Assembly: GCA_963668695.2 (NCBI GenBank)
Contig: CAXXLQ010000004.1
Location: 1,536,001-1,600,000 of the forward strand
Reading direction: 5' to 3'
DNA length: 64,000 nt
Source of the DNA: Vicinamibacteria bacterium
GTDB lineage: Bacteria; Acidobacteriota; Vicinamibacteria; Marinacidobacterales; Marinacidobacteraceae
Shown: in pieces, positions 9,107 to 20,759 of the stretch
Position numbering within the stretch: position 1 is the first letter of the stretch
How the letters are laid out: every line of letters starts with the position of its first letter
Position numbers and translations under genes: made by a program
The notes under the pieces: model-generated
What the model was told of the DNA's origin: nothing
Seen by the model: only the letters and a program-made list of their open reading frames with translations
Databases searched by the model: none

Positions 9107-11131
9107 TTGAACTCCCTGCTCTGGCTCATCCCGGTAATTCCCGGGTTGGGTGCGGCAATTAATGGACTCTTCGGGAAACGCCTCGGCCAGCGGCTGAGCG
9201 GCGCGCTCGCCTGCGGTTCGGTCGCAGCGTCGTTCCTGATCGCGCTCGGCTTCTTCTTCACGGTGTTCCTCGCCGAGGGCGGGGCGTCCGCCAGGGTCGA
9301 GCAGTCCCTGTTCTCCTGGATCCCGAGCATGGGGGTGGACTGGGCCTACCGCCTGGACTCGCTCTCGATGGTGATGATCCTGGTGGTCACCGGCATCGGC
9401 CTGCTGATCCACATCTACTCGCTCGGCTACATGAGCCACGACGGCGGCTTCAGCCGGTTCTTCGCCTACCTGAACCTGTTCATGTTTTTCATGCTGAACC
9501 TGGTTCTCGGGGCGAACATGCTGCTCATGTTCATCGGTTGGGAGGGGGTCGGACTCTGCTCCTACCTGCTGATCGGGTTCTGGTTCGAGCGGCCGGCGGC
9601 GGCGCAGGCGGGGAAGAAGGCGTTCATCGTGAACCGGATCGGAGACGCCGGTTTCATCCTCGCGGTGATGCTCACCTTCGTCACCTTCGGGACCCTGGAC
9701 TTTTATGGGGTCATGGGCGAGATCGGCGCTTCCGACATGCACGGCGGGGTGCTCACCGCGATCGGGATGCTGCTCTTCGTCGGCGCCGCCGGCAAGTCGG
9801 CGCAGATCCCGCTCTATGTGTGGCTGCCCGATGCGATGGAGGGGCCGACTCCGGTTTCCGCCCTGATCCACGCGGCGACCATGGTGACCGCCGGGGTCTA
9901 CATGGTGGCCCGCAGCGGTGTGCTCTTCTCGCACGCCCCGGCGGCGATGGCGCTGGTGGCCACCGTGGGGGCCGTAACCGCCCTCTTCGCGGCCTCCATC
10001 GCACTCTTCCAGAACGACATCAAGAAGGTACTTGCCTACTCCACCGTCTCCCAGCTCGGCTACATGTTCCTAGGCGCCGGCGTGGGAGCCTTTGGTGCGG
10101 CGATCTTCCACCTGATGACCCACGCCTTCTTCAAGGCGTGCCTCTTCCTTGGTTCCGGAAGCGTGATCCACGCCATGGAGCACGCCGAACACGCCTCCGG
10201 CGGGAAGCGCCACTACACCGAGATGCAGGACATGCGGAACATGGGCGGCCTCGCGCGCCACCTGCCCAGGACCGCGTACACCTTCATGATCGCCACCGTG
10301 GCGATCACCGGCATTCCGCCGCTCGCCGGGTTCTTCAGCAAGGACGAAATCCTCTGGAAGACCATCGACGGTGGCCACTCCGCGTTGTGGGTGCTCGCCG
10401 CGGCGGCGGCAGCGATGACCGCCTTCTACATGACCCGGCAGGTCATCATGACCTTCTGGGGCGACTTCCGCGGCGGCGCGAAGATGGAGAAGCACCTCCA
10501 CGAGTCGGCGCCTTCGATGACCGTGCCCCTCGTCATCCTCGCGGGCGGTTCGGTGCTCGCCGGTTTCGTCGGGGTCCCGGCGGCTCTCGGAGGCGCGAAC
10601 CGCATCGAACACTTCCTCGAGCCCGCCATCTTCGCCGGCGGCCACGGGCCGGCCGCGGCGCACCACGCTTCGAACGCCGTGGAGTACGCTTTCATGGCGA
10701 TTTCGGTGGCGCTCGCCGCCGGCGGCATCTGGTTCGCCTACCGGCGCTACTGGAAGGGGCCGACCCGGGACGCCTCGCTCGCCGGCAGCCGCGTCTACCA
10801 GACGCTGCTCAACAAGTACTACGTGGACGAGGCCTACGATGCGACCGCGGTGAACGGAACGCTGCGCGGCGGCGAGGGCCTCTACCGCTTCGATCAGCGG
10901 GTCGTGGACGGGGCCGTCAACGGCGCCGCGTCGGTCACGCGGCTCGCCGGTGATCTTTCCGATCTGAGCGATCAGAACCTCGTGGACCGTGCGGTCAACC
11001 TGATTGGCGAGATTCTGGGAGCCGCGTCCACGCGGTTCCGGCGGCTCCAGACCGGGCTCTTCCAGAACTACGCCCTTCTCATGTTGTTCGCCGTGGTCCT
11101 GCTCGCCGGGGCCCTAACCCTTTGGAGTTAG
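9107..11131 (+). CDS. nuoL: NADH-quinone oxidoreductase subunit L
   Basis: FIGWEGVGLCSYLLIGFW, GKSAQIPLYVWLPDAMEGPTPVSALIHAATMV, DIKKVLAYSTVSQLGYM. Confidence 0.97.
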   Translation: MNSLLWLIPVIPGLGAAINGLFGKRLGQRLSGALACGSVAASFLIALGFFFTVFLAEGGASARVEQSLFSWIPSMGVDWAYRLDSLSMVMILVVTGIGLLIHIYSLGYMSHDGGFSRFFAYLNLFMFFMLNLVLGANMLLMFIGWEGVGLCSYLLIGFWFERPAAAQAGKKAFIVNRIGDAGFILAVMLTFVTFGTLDFYGVMGEIGASDMHGGVLTAIGMLLFVGAAGKSAQIPLYVWLPDAMEGPTPVSALIHAATMVTAGVYMVARSGVLFSHAPAAMALVATVGAVTALFAASIALFQNDIKKVLAYSTVSQLGYMFLGAGVGAFGAAIFHLMTHAFFKACLFLGSGSVIHAMEHAEHASGGKRHYTEMQDMRNMGGLARHLPRTAYTFMIATVAITGIPPLAGFFSKDEILWKTIDGGHSALWVLAAAAAAMTAFYMTRQVIMTFWGDFRGGAKMEKHLHESAPSMTVPLVILAGGSVLAGFVGVPAALGGANRIEHFLEPAIFAGGHGPAAAHHASNAVEYAFMAISVALAAGGIWFAYRRYWKGPTRDASLAGSRVYQTLLNKYYVDEAYDATAVNGTLRGGEGLYRFDQRVVDGAVNGAASVTRLAGDLSDLSDQNLVDRAVNLIGEILGAASTRFRRLQTGLFQNYALLMLFAVVLLAGALTLWS

Positions 11132-11322
11132 CAGTCCGTGGACAGAGTGAACCGGCATTCGAGCGGCGATCCATCCCGGCTGAATCGCTTTGCTCTGCGT
11201 TGCGATCCAGTCGGAATACGGCTCCGGTATGCCTCCCGAATCGCGCCTTGTCAGCCGGGCGCCTCGCCCCCACCGGGAGAACTGGCCGCTCTCGGTGCTC
11301 GCCCCACCCTGCCCATGGACTG
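11132..11322. mobile_element. Modular MITE/REP-like element, copy 3, directly after the nuoL stop codon
   Basis: Ends CAGTCCGTGGACAGAGTG / CACCCTGCCCATGGACTG; left flank TTAG contains the nuoL stop. Confidence 0.7.
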
Positions 11323-11384
11323 CTGAGCTGATGGCTGACGCCGACCGCGGTTAGCCCTTCCAGCCTCAGCTCCGGAAAAGCCGA

Positions 11385-12989
<1,605 letters not shown>

Positions 12990-13349
12990 GCATCTCGGCA
13001 TTTGAGCGGCGATGCATCCCGGCTGACCGCTTCGCTCTGCGTTGCGATTCGGTCGGAATACGCCCGGTATGCCTCCCGAATCGCGCCTTGTCAGCCGGGC
13101 GCCTCGCCCCCACCGGGAGAACTGGCCGCTCTCGGCGCTCGACCTGCCTAGCAGCCTGTGGTGAAACCCAGGCGGCGTTCGAGCGGCGATGCATCCCGCC
13201 TGAACCGCGGCGCTTTGCGGCGCTTTGCGTTGCGTTTCGGTCGAAATACACCCGGTATTCCTCCCTCACGCGCCTTGTCAGCCGGGCGCCTCGCCCCCAC
13301 CGGGAGAACTGGCTGCTCTCGGCGCTCACCCGGGTTCCACCACAGGCTG
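12990..13349. mobile_element. Two adjacent modular elements (12990-13147 and 13152-13349) separated and flanked by CTAG
   Basis: Second element reads CTAG-CAGCCTGTGG...CCACAGGCTG-CTAG; first begins right after the nuoM TAG. Confidence 0.75.
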
Positions 13350-13420
13350 CTAGTCCACGGGCCGCTGGCGACGACTGAGATCGCCGCACTCCGCTCCCCG
13401 CGGGCGGCGGAGCGTTACCG

Positions 13421-13690
13421 GTGACCCAGGAGCCCTCACGCGCTCCGCAAGTCGCGCCCCGCGCCCGGATGCTGACTCTGCTCAGCCTCGGCTTTTCGGT
13501 GCCGATGGCGATCGTGATCGGTGGCGCGGCCGGCTGGCTGGCGGACCGCTGGCTCGGAACCGCGCCCTGGCTCTTCCTGGTATTCCTCGGCTTCGGAATC
13601 GTCGCCGGCCTCCGGAACGTAGTCCGCGCCGCTTTGGCGGTCGCGGGGGATGACCCGCCGGGTAACGACTCCGGGAGCGAGGACTCATGA
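13421..13690 (+). CDS. atpZ: AtpZ/AtpI-family ATP synthase accessory protein
   Basis: G..ADRWLGTAPW...FLGFGIVAGLRNV pattern; upstream of atpB. Confidence 0.8.
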   Translation: MTQEPSRAPQVAPRARMLTLLSLGFSVPMAIVIGGAAGWLADRWLGTAPWLFLVFLGFGIVAGLRNVVRAALAVAGDDPPGNDSGSEDS

Positions 13691-14139
13691 CAGAGTCGGC
13701 AACACCGCCTGATGGCGCCCGCGAGGTGCGCCTGACGCGCCGGGCTCTCGCCTTCGGAGCCGCCGCCGGGCTGATCGGGCTCGCGTTCGGCCCCCGGATC
13801 GGGCTTTCGGTGCTCGGCGGAGCGACGGTCTCGGTCCTGAACATCGTCGCCCTCCGCCGGACGGCTGCGGGCCTGACCGCCGCTGCTTCGGCCCGCTCGG
13901 CAATCGCGCTCGCGGCGCTCACCGGAGTGCGCTATCTCTTGCTCGGGGGGGCGCTGTTTGCGATAATTGCTCTCTGGGGCGCCGACGTGATCGGCGTCGT
14001 GTGCGGGTTGGGCGCGCCGCTGCTGGCCGTCCTGCTGGAGTTTGGAAGCGGGGGCTTCGCGGCCCTTCGTACACCGGCACCCCTTCCTCCACCGGATCGA
14101 CCGGAGGGCAGGGAGGAGCCCCCATCCGACGTCCGCTGA
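13687..14139 (+). CDS. atpI: ATP synthase subunit I-like membrane protein
   Basis: Four hydrophobic segments, G..S.LN...L and RY.LL motifs; position between atpZ and atpB. Confidence 0.7.
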   Translation: MTESATPPDGAREVRLTRRALAFGAAAGLIGLAFGPRIGLSVLGGATVSVLNIVALRRTAAGLTAAASARSAIALAALTGVRYLLLGGALFAIIALWGADVIGVVCGLGAPLLAVLLEFGSGGFAALRTPAPLPPPDRPEGREEPPSDVR

Positions 14140-14178
14140 CCGTTCCTCTTTCTTTCGGCCCCCATTCTTCGCGCGACC

Positions 14179-14868
14179 ATGGAAATCCACCATTCCTCAG
14201 CCCTCACCCACTGGATCGAGGAGTGGTTCCATGCCCATCCGCCCGACCATGTGGTGATGGCGGTTTTCGTGGCGGTCGTTCTCTCCGCCTTCGCGATCTT
14301 CTTCCGCCGCCGGATCTCGGTCGAAAACCCCGGCCGGCTCCAACTGCTCCTCGAAGGGCTGGTCGGCGGGCTGCTCTCGCTGCTCCGGGACAATGTGGGA
14401 GCGAAGGGACGCCCCTTCCTGGGTCTCGTCGGCACCCTCGCTCTCTTCATCCTGGTGAGCAACCTGTTCGGGCTGGTGCCGTATTTCTCTTCGCCCACGG
14501 TCAACATCAACATGCCGGTGGGCTGCGCGCTGGTGGCCTTTTTTTACTACAACTTCCAGGGCATCCGGGCGCACGGCGCGAGGAAGTACTTCGCGCACTT
14601 CCTCGGCCCGAGCCCGTATCTCGCCGTGTTGATGCTGCCGATCGAGATCATCAGCCACCTGAGCCGCATCCTTTCGCTCTCGGTCCGGCTCTTCGGAAAC
14701 ATCTTCGGCGAAGAGCTGGTGGTCATCGTGTTCGCCTTTCTGATCCCGTTCGTGGTGCCGGTCCCGATGATGGCCTTCGGGGTCTTCGGGAGCACCCTCC
14801 AGGCGTTCGTGTTCACCATGCTCACCGTCATCTACCTCGGCGGCGCGGTCGCCGCCGAGGAACACTGA
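14179..14868 (+). CDS. atpB: F0F1 ATP synthase subunit a
   Basis: FILVSNLFGLVP, SPTVNIN, IEIISHLSRILSLSVRLFGNI, LQAFVFTMLT.IY. Confidence 0.97.
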   Translation: MEIHHSSALTHWIEEWFHAHPPDHVVMAVFVAVVLSAFAIFFRRRISVENPGRLQLLLEGLVGGLLSLLRDNVGAKGRPFLGLVGTLALFILVSNLFGLVPYFSSPTVNINMPVGCALVAFFYYNFQGIRAHGARKYFAHFLGPSPYLAVLMLPIEIISHLSRILSLSVRLFGNIFGEELVVIVFAFLIPFVVPVPMMAFGVFGSTLQAFVFTMLTVIYLGGAVAAEEH

Positions 14869-14901
14869 TTCCAATCCCAACAGATCAAGGAGAAAACAAC
14901 C

Positions 14902-15225
14902 GTGTCCAACAAGTTTCGGACAACCCTGCTGGCCGTCTTCGGCGTTCTCGCCGCTTCCCCGGTCTTCGCCCAGGGAACCTGGGATCCGGTGGTGACCCAG
15001 TGGGCGATGATTTCGGCGGCCGGGGCGATCGCCATCGCCGCCGCCTTTGGCGCCACGGCCCAGGGACGCGCGGTTGCCGGCGCCTGTGAGGCCCTCGCCC
15101 GAAACCCCGGCGCCGCCGCGCAGATCCGCTTCTCGCTGCTCCTCGGTCTGGTGCTGATCGAGTCGCTCGTCATCTACGCCTTCGTCACCGCGCTCATCAT
15201 CTTCTTCGTCCGCTGGAACACCTGA
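14902..15225 (+). CDS. atpE: F0F1 ATP synthase subunit c with N-terminal extension
   Basis: AQGRA...ALARNP, GLVLIESLVIY; RBS AAGGAG upstream. Confidence 0.95.
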   Translation: MSNKFRTTLLAVFGVLAASPVFAQGTWDPVVTQWAMISAAGAIAIAAAFGATAQGRAVAGACEALARNPGAAAQIRFSLLLGLVLIESLVIYAFVTALIIFFVRWNT

Positions 15226-15451
15226 GTCCGGCTGGCGCGGACCGGGCTCTTGCGCCCGGTCCGCGCCGATCGAACTCATTGGGAACGCCGGCCAGTCCTC
15301 CCGGTGGGGACTTCAGACCGGCATAGCCGTTCGCGTCCGGCAGCCATGGACCCGGGCGGTAAGCCTGGTCCATGGTTACCGGCGCGCACGGCGCACCCGC
15401 CCAACGCCCCGACGGCGCGCCCGAACCAGCACCTCTGTCACGGACTGCTAG

Positions 15452-15720
15452 CAGCCGGTGGTCGAACCCGCGTGAGCGCCGAGGCTGGCCAGTTCTCCCG
15501 GTGGGGGCGAGGCCCAGTTCTCCCGGTGGGGGTCCGGCTGACAAGGCGCGTGAGGGAGGAATACCGGGTGTATTGCGACCGAAACGCAACGATGAGCGGC
15601 GCGCAGCGACGCGGTTCAGCCGGGATGGATCGCCGGCCGAACGCCGCGTGGGTTTCATCACCGGTTGTTCAGCCGGGATGGATCGCCGGGCGAACGCCGC
15701 CTGGGTTTCACTACAGGCTG
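15452..15720. mobile_element. Modular MITE/REP-like element with CTAG on both flanks
   Basis: CTAG-CAGCCGGTGG...CTACAGGCTG-CTAG. Confidence 0.78.
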
Positions 15721-15733
15721 CTAGGGTGTTTCC

Positions 15734-16804
15734 ATGGTTCGCCCGTTCCGGTGGGACTCCGAGCGCCGGGTTCTCTGTCTGCTGGACCAGCGCCGGCTCC
15801 CCTCGAAAGAGGTCTGGATCGAGTGCGCCGAACCCGGCCAGGTTGGGGAGGCCATCCGCGAAATGGTCATTCGCGGTGCTCCGGCGATCGGGGTTGCTGC
15901 CGCCTACGCGGTGGTCCTCGGGTTTGCCCGGAACCTGGCCAGCGGAACCGCCGCCGCCCGCTTCGAGGACCTGGCGGCGGCGCTCCTGAACACCCGTCCC
16001 ACCGCGGTCAACCTGGAGAGCGCCCTCGACCGGATGCGGGTCCGACTGGGATCGCTGCTCCCCGGTCCCCGCGCTGATCTCGTCGCCGGTCTCGAGGACG
16101 AGGCGAACCGGATCGCCGCGGAGGATCTGGAAGCGAACCGCCGCCTCGGCGCGCTCGGCGCCGGCCTGTTGCCCCCCGGCGGCGGGCCGGCCCGCGTCCT
16201 GACTCACTGCAATGCGGGCAGCCTTGCCACTTCCGGTTACGGCACCGCTCTCGGGATCGTCCGGGCGGCGGTGGAATCCGGCCGCCGGGTCGAGGTCTTC
16301 GCACCCGAGACCCGGCCGTACCTTCAGGGCGCTCGCCTCACCGCCTGGGAACTCATGGCCGAGAAGATTCCGGTGACCTTGATCACCGATGGGATGGTCG
16401 GCGCCCTGCTCGCCAGGGGAGGGGTCGATGCGGTCGTCGTGGGCGCCGACCGGATCGCCGCGAACGGCGACATCGCCAACAAGATCGGCACCTATCAGGC
16501 CGCCGTGCTCGCGAAGGAACACGGCGTCCCGTTCCTGGTGGCGGCGCCCTTTTCGAGCGTGGATCTGAAAACGCCCACCGGGCGGGACATCCCCATCGAA
16601 GAGCGCCCCCCGGAGGAAGTCGCCGAGATCGCCGGACGGCGGGTGGCGCCCGAGGGCGTCCGGGTATGGAACCCGGCCTTTGACGTAACCCCGGCGAGGT
16701 ACATCACCGCCATCGTCACGGAGCGAGGGATCGCCCACCCGCCCCTGGCCGCCTCCCTTGCCCGTCTCGCGGCCTCGCACGGAAAAGCTCCCGCAGCTAG
16801 GTGA
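15734..16804 (+). CDS. mtnA: S-methyl-5-thioribose-1-phosphate isomerase
   Basis: LLDQRRLP, IRGAPAIG, RPTAVNL, LTHCNAGSLAT, ETRPYLQGARLTAWE, NKIGTY, NPAFDVTP. Confidence 0.96.
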   Translation: MVRPFRWDSERRVLCLLDQRRLPSKEVWIECAEPGQVGEAIREMVIRGAPAIGVAAAYAVVLGFARNLASGTAAARFEDLAAALLNTRPTAVNLESALDRMRVRLGSLLPGPRADLVAGLEDEANRIAAEDLEANRRLGALGAGLLPPGGGPARVLTHCNAGSLATSGYGTALGIVRAAVESGRRVEVFAPETRPYLQGARLTAWELMAEKIPVTLITDGMVGALLARGGVDAVVVGADRIAANGDIANKIGTYQAAVLAKEHGVPFLVAAPFSSVDLKTPTGRDIPIEERPPEEVAEIAGRRVAPEGVRVWNPAFDVTPARYITAIVTERGIAHPPLAASLARLAASHGKAPAAR

Positions 16805-16852
16805 GGGCGATTTGCTAACATCGTGCCATCACGACGCCATGGAGGTGCAATC

Positions 16853-17089
16853 ATGGGTAGCCTCACCATCCGAAATCTGGATGACCACGTCATTCAGGCG
16901 CTTAAGGCGGAGGCCAAGGCGAACCAGCGTTCGATGGAGGCTGAAGCGCGCCACGCTCTACGGGAGCGATTCAACCGGCGTCTTCGCATGGTGCGGCTGC
17001 GGGAGCGTTCCGATGCGCTCTCCAGGCTCACCACGGACGTTCCTCAGACGGACAGTGTCCTGCTGCTGCGCGAAGACCGGGACCGGTGA
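16853..17089 (+). CDS. FitA-like ribbon-helix-helix antitoxin
   Basis: MGSLTIRNLDD.V..ALKAEAKAN.RSMEAEAR; TDSV.LLREDR tail; coupled to a PIN gene. Confidence 0.85.
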   Translation: MGSLTIRNLDDHVIQALKAEAKANQRSMEAEARHALRERFNRRLRMVRLRERSDALSRLTTDVPQTDSVLLLREDRDR

Positions 17090-17898
17090 GGCTTACGGTT
17101 GACGCCAGTGTGGTCGTCAAGTGGTACGTGCCCGAGGATCTGGCGGACAACGCGCGCTTGTTGCGCGCCCACCGTCTCGAACTCCATGCGCCGGACTTCC
17201 TTCTTGCCGAGTTCGCAAATGTCATCTGGAAGAAGTCTCGCCGAAAGGAAATCTCGGATGTGGCTGGTCACCTGGATGAGATTTCGCGTCTTCCGGAGAA
17301 CATCAGCCTGCGTTCCATGTCCAGCTTGATCGGCCGGGCCAGTCGGATTTCGCTGGCGCTCGATCAAACGGTTTACGACTGCCTCTATCTGGCCTGCGCG
17401 GAGGAAACGTCATCGCCGCTGGTCACGGCAGACCAGACGCTTGCCAACAAGGTCAGTGACAGCGCTCTGGACATCACCGTCCGCCACGTGGGCTCGGCCG
17501 ACTTCGCGGACGACATTGGTGCGGCCGGCACCGCACCAGTCATCACGCGGGAGACGGTTGCGAACCTGGTCGAGGCCTACCGCCTCCTTGAAGCGACCCG
17601 TGAAGCGTTACGCCGCGAGACAAAAGATGGGTTCGAGGTATTGGACATCGGTGCGCTTGAAATGCATCGTGACTCCGCGGCGCGTCGCCGCCTCGTCACG
17701 CTCTTGCGGGGGCTCTCGGAAGAGGAACGTATTGATCTCCTCGCGCTCGGGTGGCTGGGCCGGCCGGATGGTTGGGATTGGAAGTCCTGCTTTGAATACG
17801 CATGCGGCGAGATCGACACCGCCCACGAGAATTACCTGATCCGCAACGGCCAGTTCTGGCAGCGGGGATACGAGCGATTGTTTGACGTCGCTCTTTGA
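17086..17898 (+). CDS. vapC: VapC/PIN toxin with C-terminal DUF3775-like extension
   Basis: VDASVVVKW, EFANVIWK, VYDCLYLACA, LVTAD; C-terminal LSEEERIDLLALGWLGR. Confidence 0.8.
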   Translation: MRLTVDASVVVKWYVPEDLADNARLLRAHRLELHAPDFLLAEFANVIWKKSRRKEISDVAGHLDEISRLPENISLRSMSSLIGRASRISLALDQTVYDCLYLACAEETSSPLVTADQTLANKVSDSALDITVRHVGSADFADDIGAAGTAPVITRETVANLVEAYRLLEATREALRRETKDGFEVLDIGALEMHRDSAARRRLVTLLRGLSEEERIDLLALGWLGRPDGWDWKSCFEYACGEIDTAHENYLIRNGQFWQRGYERLFDVAL

Positions 17899-18968
17899 AG
17901 ACCATGCTCGTCCTGGGGATCGAGACCTCCTGCGACGAAACCTCGGCGGCGGTGGTCGAGGATGGTCGTCGCATCCTCTCGAACGTCGTTTCGTCGCAGG
18001 TCGCCGAGCACGCGGCCTTCGGCGGGGTGGTGCCCGAGATCGCCTCCCGGCAGCACCTCGTGAACCTTTCGCCGGTGGTGCGGCAAGCGCTGAGCGAGGC
18101 GCGCGTGGGACTCGCGGACATCGAGGCCGTTGCGGTAACCAGTGGCCCGGGACTCATCGGAGCGCTGCTTACGGGGGTCTCTTTCGCCAAGGCCTTCGCG
18201 TTCGCCCGCGGCATTCCGCTGGTGGGGGTGGATCACATCGAGGGGCATATCCGGGCCTGCTATCTGGAAGGTGGCGACGTCCCCCACCCGGCGCTGGCGC
18301 TGGTGGTCTCCGGGGGGCACACGAGTCTTTTCCTGCTCGCAGGCGAGAGTTCCTACCGGCTGCTCGGCAAGACCCGCGACGATGCGGCCGGCGAGGCGTA
18401 CGACAAGCTCGCCAAACGGCTCGGCCTCGGCTATCCGGGCGGTCCGGTGCTGGACCGGCTGGCGCAGCGCGGCGACGCGAACCGCCACCTGCTGTCGCTC
18501 CCGCACTTTTCGGACGGCGCCAAACTCGACTTCAGCTTTTCGGGCCTCAAGACCCAGGTCCTGCGGCTCATCGAGAAGGAAGGAATCGCGCCTTTGGCCG
18601 GCGGCGAGGATCCCGCCAGCCGACCCGATCTCTGCGACCTGGCGGCCAGCTTTCAGTCGGCGGTGGTGCGGGCGCTCCGCCGCTCGGTGGACCGCGCGCT
18701 TGACATGTTTGAAGTGAGGGCGGTCCTGCTGTCCGGCGGCGTCGCCGCCAACTCGGCGCTCCGTGCCCGCTTCCGCGCTCTCGGTGAGGAGCGCGGCCTG
18801 CCCGTGTTCTACCCGAGCATCGCCCTCTCCACCGACAACGCGGCCATGATCGCCGCCGCCGGTCACCTGGCACTCCTGCGGGGCGAAACGGCAGGTTCCG
18901 ACCTTACCGCCGACACCGAGTTGCGGCTTGGGGAGTCGGGACCGCGAAGGTCCCGGCGCCACCGGTGA
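17895..18968 (+). CDS. tsaD: tRNA N6-adenosine threonylcarbamoyltransferase
   Basis: LGIETSCDET, GGVVPEIASRQH, HIEGH, VSGGHT, DDAAGEAYDK, FSFSGLKT, TDNAAMIA. Confidence 0.97.
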   Translation: MKTMLVLGIETSCDETSAAVVEDGRRILSNVVSSQVAEHAAFGGVVPEIASRQHLVNLSPVVRQALSEARVGLADIEAVAVTSGPGLIGALLTGVSFAKAFAFARGIPLVGVDHIEGHIRACYLEGGDVPHPALALVVSGGHTSLFLLAGESSYRLLGKTRDDAAGEAYDKLAKRLGLGYPGGPVLDRLAQRGDANRHLLSLPHFSDGAKLDFSFSGLKTQVLRLIEKEGIAPLAGGEDPASRPDLCDLAASFQSAVVRALRRSVDRALDMFEVRAVLLSGGVAANSALRARFRALGEERGLPVFYPSIALSTDNAAMIAAAGHLALLRGETAGSDLTADTELRLGESGPRRSRRHR

Positions 18969-20545
18969 ACCCGAACGTGCGGGAGGCGCCGCCCGATCCC
19001 GATCGCGTAACCGCCGTCTACCGACTTCAGGCGAGCTCCGGGGACCCGGAGGAGTTCGCCCGCGCCATCGCCATCGAGCAGACGGTAGAGATTCCGCAGT
19101 CGCTCATTCCACCCGGACGGATTCAGGACGAAATCGTCGGGAAGGTCGAGTCGGTGGCGCCCGATCCGGACGCTTCGGGCGCCTCCCGAATCACCATCAG
19201 CTACGCGGCGGATCTCGCGACGGATCTCTTCGGCCTGCTGAGCGTGGCTATCGGCAACGCCTCGATGTACGGCGGAGTGCGACTCGTCGATCTGCAGCCA
19301 CCCCGGGCGCTCCTCGAGAGCCTCCCGGGACCGAACCACGGCGTCGAAGGGGTGCGGCGGCTTTGCGGTGTGCTCGGGCGTCCGCTGCTGGCCACGGCGG
19401 TAAAGCCCCGGGGCTCGAGCGTCCCCGAGTTGGCCGCGATCGCGGGCGCCTTCGCGCGGGCTGGTGGAGATCTGGTCAAGGACGATCAGAACCTGACCGA
19501 CGACTTCCCTGCTTTTCGATCCCGGGTGCTCGCCTGCGGCGAGGCGGTGGACCGGGCCAACCAGACCACGGGTCGGCGGTGCCTCTACCTCCCCCACGCC
19601 GGCGCCCGGGCGGAGGAACTCGAACGTTTCGTCGAGTTCGTCGCCGAGGCCGGTCTCCCCGGTGTCTTGATCTGCCCGATGATCGCCGGCCTCGACACGG
19701 TGCGGGCGTTGGCGGAGCGCTATCCGCTGATCTTCATGGCGCACCCCTCGCTGACCGGGGCCTACACGCACGCTCCCACCCAGGGAGTGGCCCACGGGGT
19801 CCTGCTCGGGACCCTCTTCCGGCTGGCCGGAGCGGACATTTCGGTGTTTCCGGATGCGGGCGGCCGCTTTGCGTATTCGGCAGCCGAGTGTGCGGAGATC
19901 ACCGGGCGGCTCCGGGAGCCGCTCGGCGCGCTCCGTCCGGCGTGGCCGGCCCCCGCCGGCGGGATGGGCCTCGCCGACGTAGGGCGCATCTGCGAGACCT
20001 ACGGCCCCGATACGGTCCTGCTGATCGGCGGGGCGCTCCTCGGCCACACCGGCGGCGTGGAGGCGGGAACCCGGGAGATCCTCGCGAGGATCCGCGAATC
20101 CCACCCCGAGGTGGCCATGGAACCGGCGGATCTGCCGCGCCCCGCGCTCCCCGAGCCGCGCCGGTTGGCCTTCAGCCGCGACTGGAACTGGGAGGGGCGC
20201 GACAGCTCGCCCTACAAGGACGCTCGAGATCTCGCGTTCCGGGGCGTGCGGCGGGTGGAACTCGTCGGGAAATTCGGGGAGCGAACGCGCTCGGACCTGC
20301 GCTACTTCGAGGTCGAACCGGGTGGCCACACGAGCCTCGAGCGGCACGTCCACACCCACGTGGTCATCGGGGCCCGCGGGGAGGGCGTCCTCCTGCTCGG
20401 GGATCGGCGGCTGCCGCTGCGGCACCTCGACGTCGCCTGCGTCGGCCCGCTGGAGGCCCACCAGTTGCGGAACGAGACCGCCGAGCCGTTCGGTTTCTTC
20501 TGCGTGGTGGACCACGACCGCGACCGCCCGATGAGGGCGGAGTAG
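18965..20545 (+). CDS. RuBisCO-like protein (form IV) fused to a cupin (putative MTRu-1-P isomerase + MTXu-5-P methylsulfurylase)
   Basis: IAIEQTVE, PGP.HG..G.R, TAVKPRG, GGDLVKDDQ, MAHPS, PAPAGGM; cupin RYFEVEPGGHTSLERHVHTH...HQLRN..EPFGFFCVVD.DRDRP. Confidence 0.85.
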   Translation: MNPNVREAPPDPDRVTAVYRLQASSGDPEEFARAIAIEQTVEIPQSLIPPGRIQDEIVGKVESVAPDPDASGASRITISYAADLATDLFGLLSVAIGNASMYGGVRLVDLQPPRALLESLPGPNHGVEGVRRLCGVLGRPLLATAVKPRGSSVPELAAIAGAFARAGGDLVKDDQNLTDDFPAFRSRVLACGEAVDRANQTTGRRCLYLPHAGARAEELERFVEFVAEAGLPGVLICPMIAGLDTVRALAERYPLIFMAHPSLTGAYTHAPTQGVAHGVLLGTLFRLAGADISVFPDAGGRFAYSAAECAEITGRLREPLGALRPAWPAPAGGMGLADVGRICETYGPDTVLLIGGALLGHTGGVEAGTREILARIRESHPEVAMEPADLPRPALPEPRRLAFSRDWNWEGRDSSPYKDARDLAFRGVRRVELVGKFGERTRSDLRYFEVEPGGHTSLERHVHTHVVIGARGEGVLLLGDRRLPLRHLDVACVGPLEAHQLRNETAEPFGFFCVVDHDRDRPMRAE

Positions 20546-20759
20546 GCGAGGGACGGTCCTTGGAATTGATGGACCCTCCCCAAACGGTTACTTTGTAGAG
20601 AGGCGGCGGGCCTAGGGAGACCCACCCATCTCCGGCATGGCCTGTCCTTCGAGGACCTTGTACCACGTGTACGTCGTCATGTCGCCCGTCGCTGAACATT
20701 TTGCCCGGACGGCGCCGCAGGGAAGGAACCGCCCCAGTTTCTCGGTGGGGGTCCTCCAG

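Noticed and set aside
18965-20100. Bona fide CO2-fixing RuBisCO
   Set aside because: KDDQ motif, short domain, no rbcS or prk; context is MTA salvage
20612-20680. Short minus-strand ORF MTTYTWYKVLEGQAMPEMGGSP beside a MITE
   Set aside because: Possibly a gene remnant, but too short to support a call
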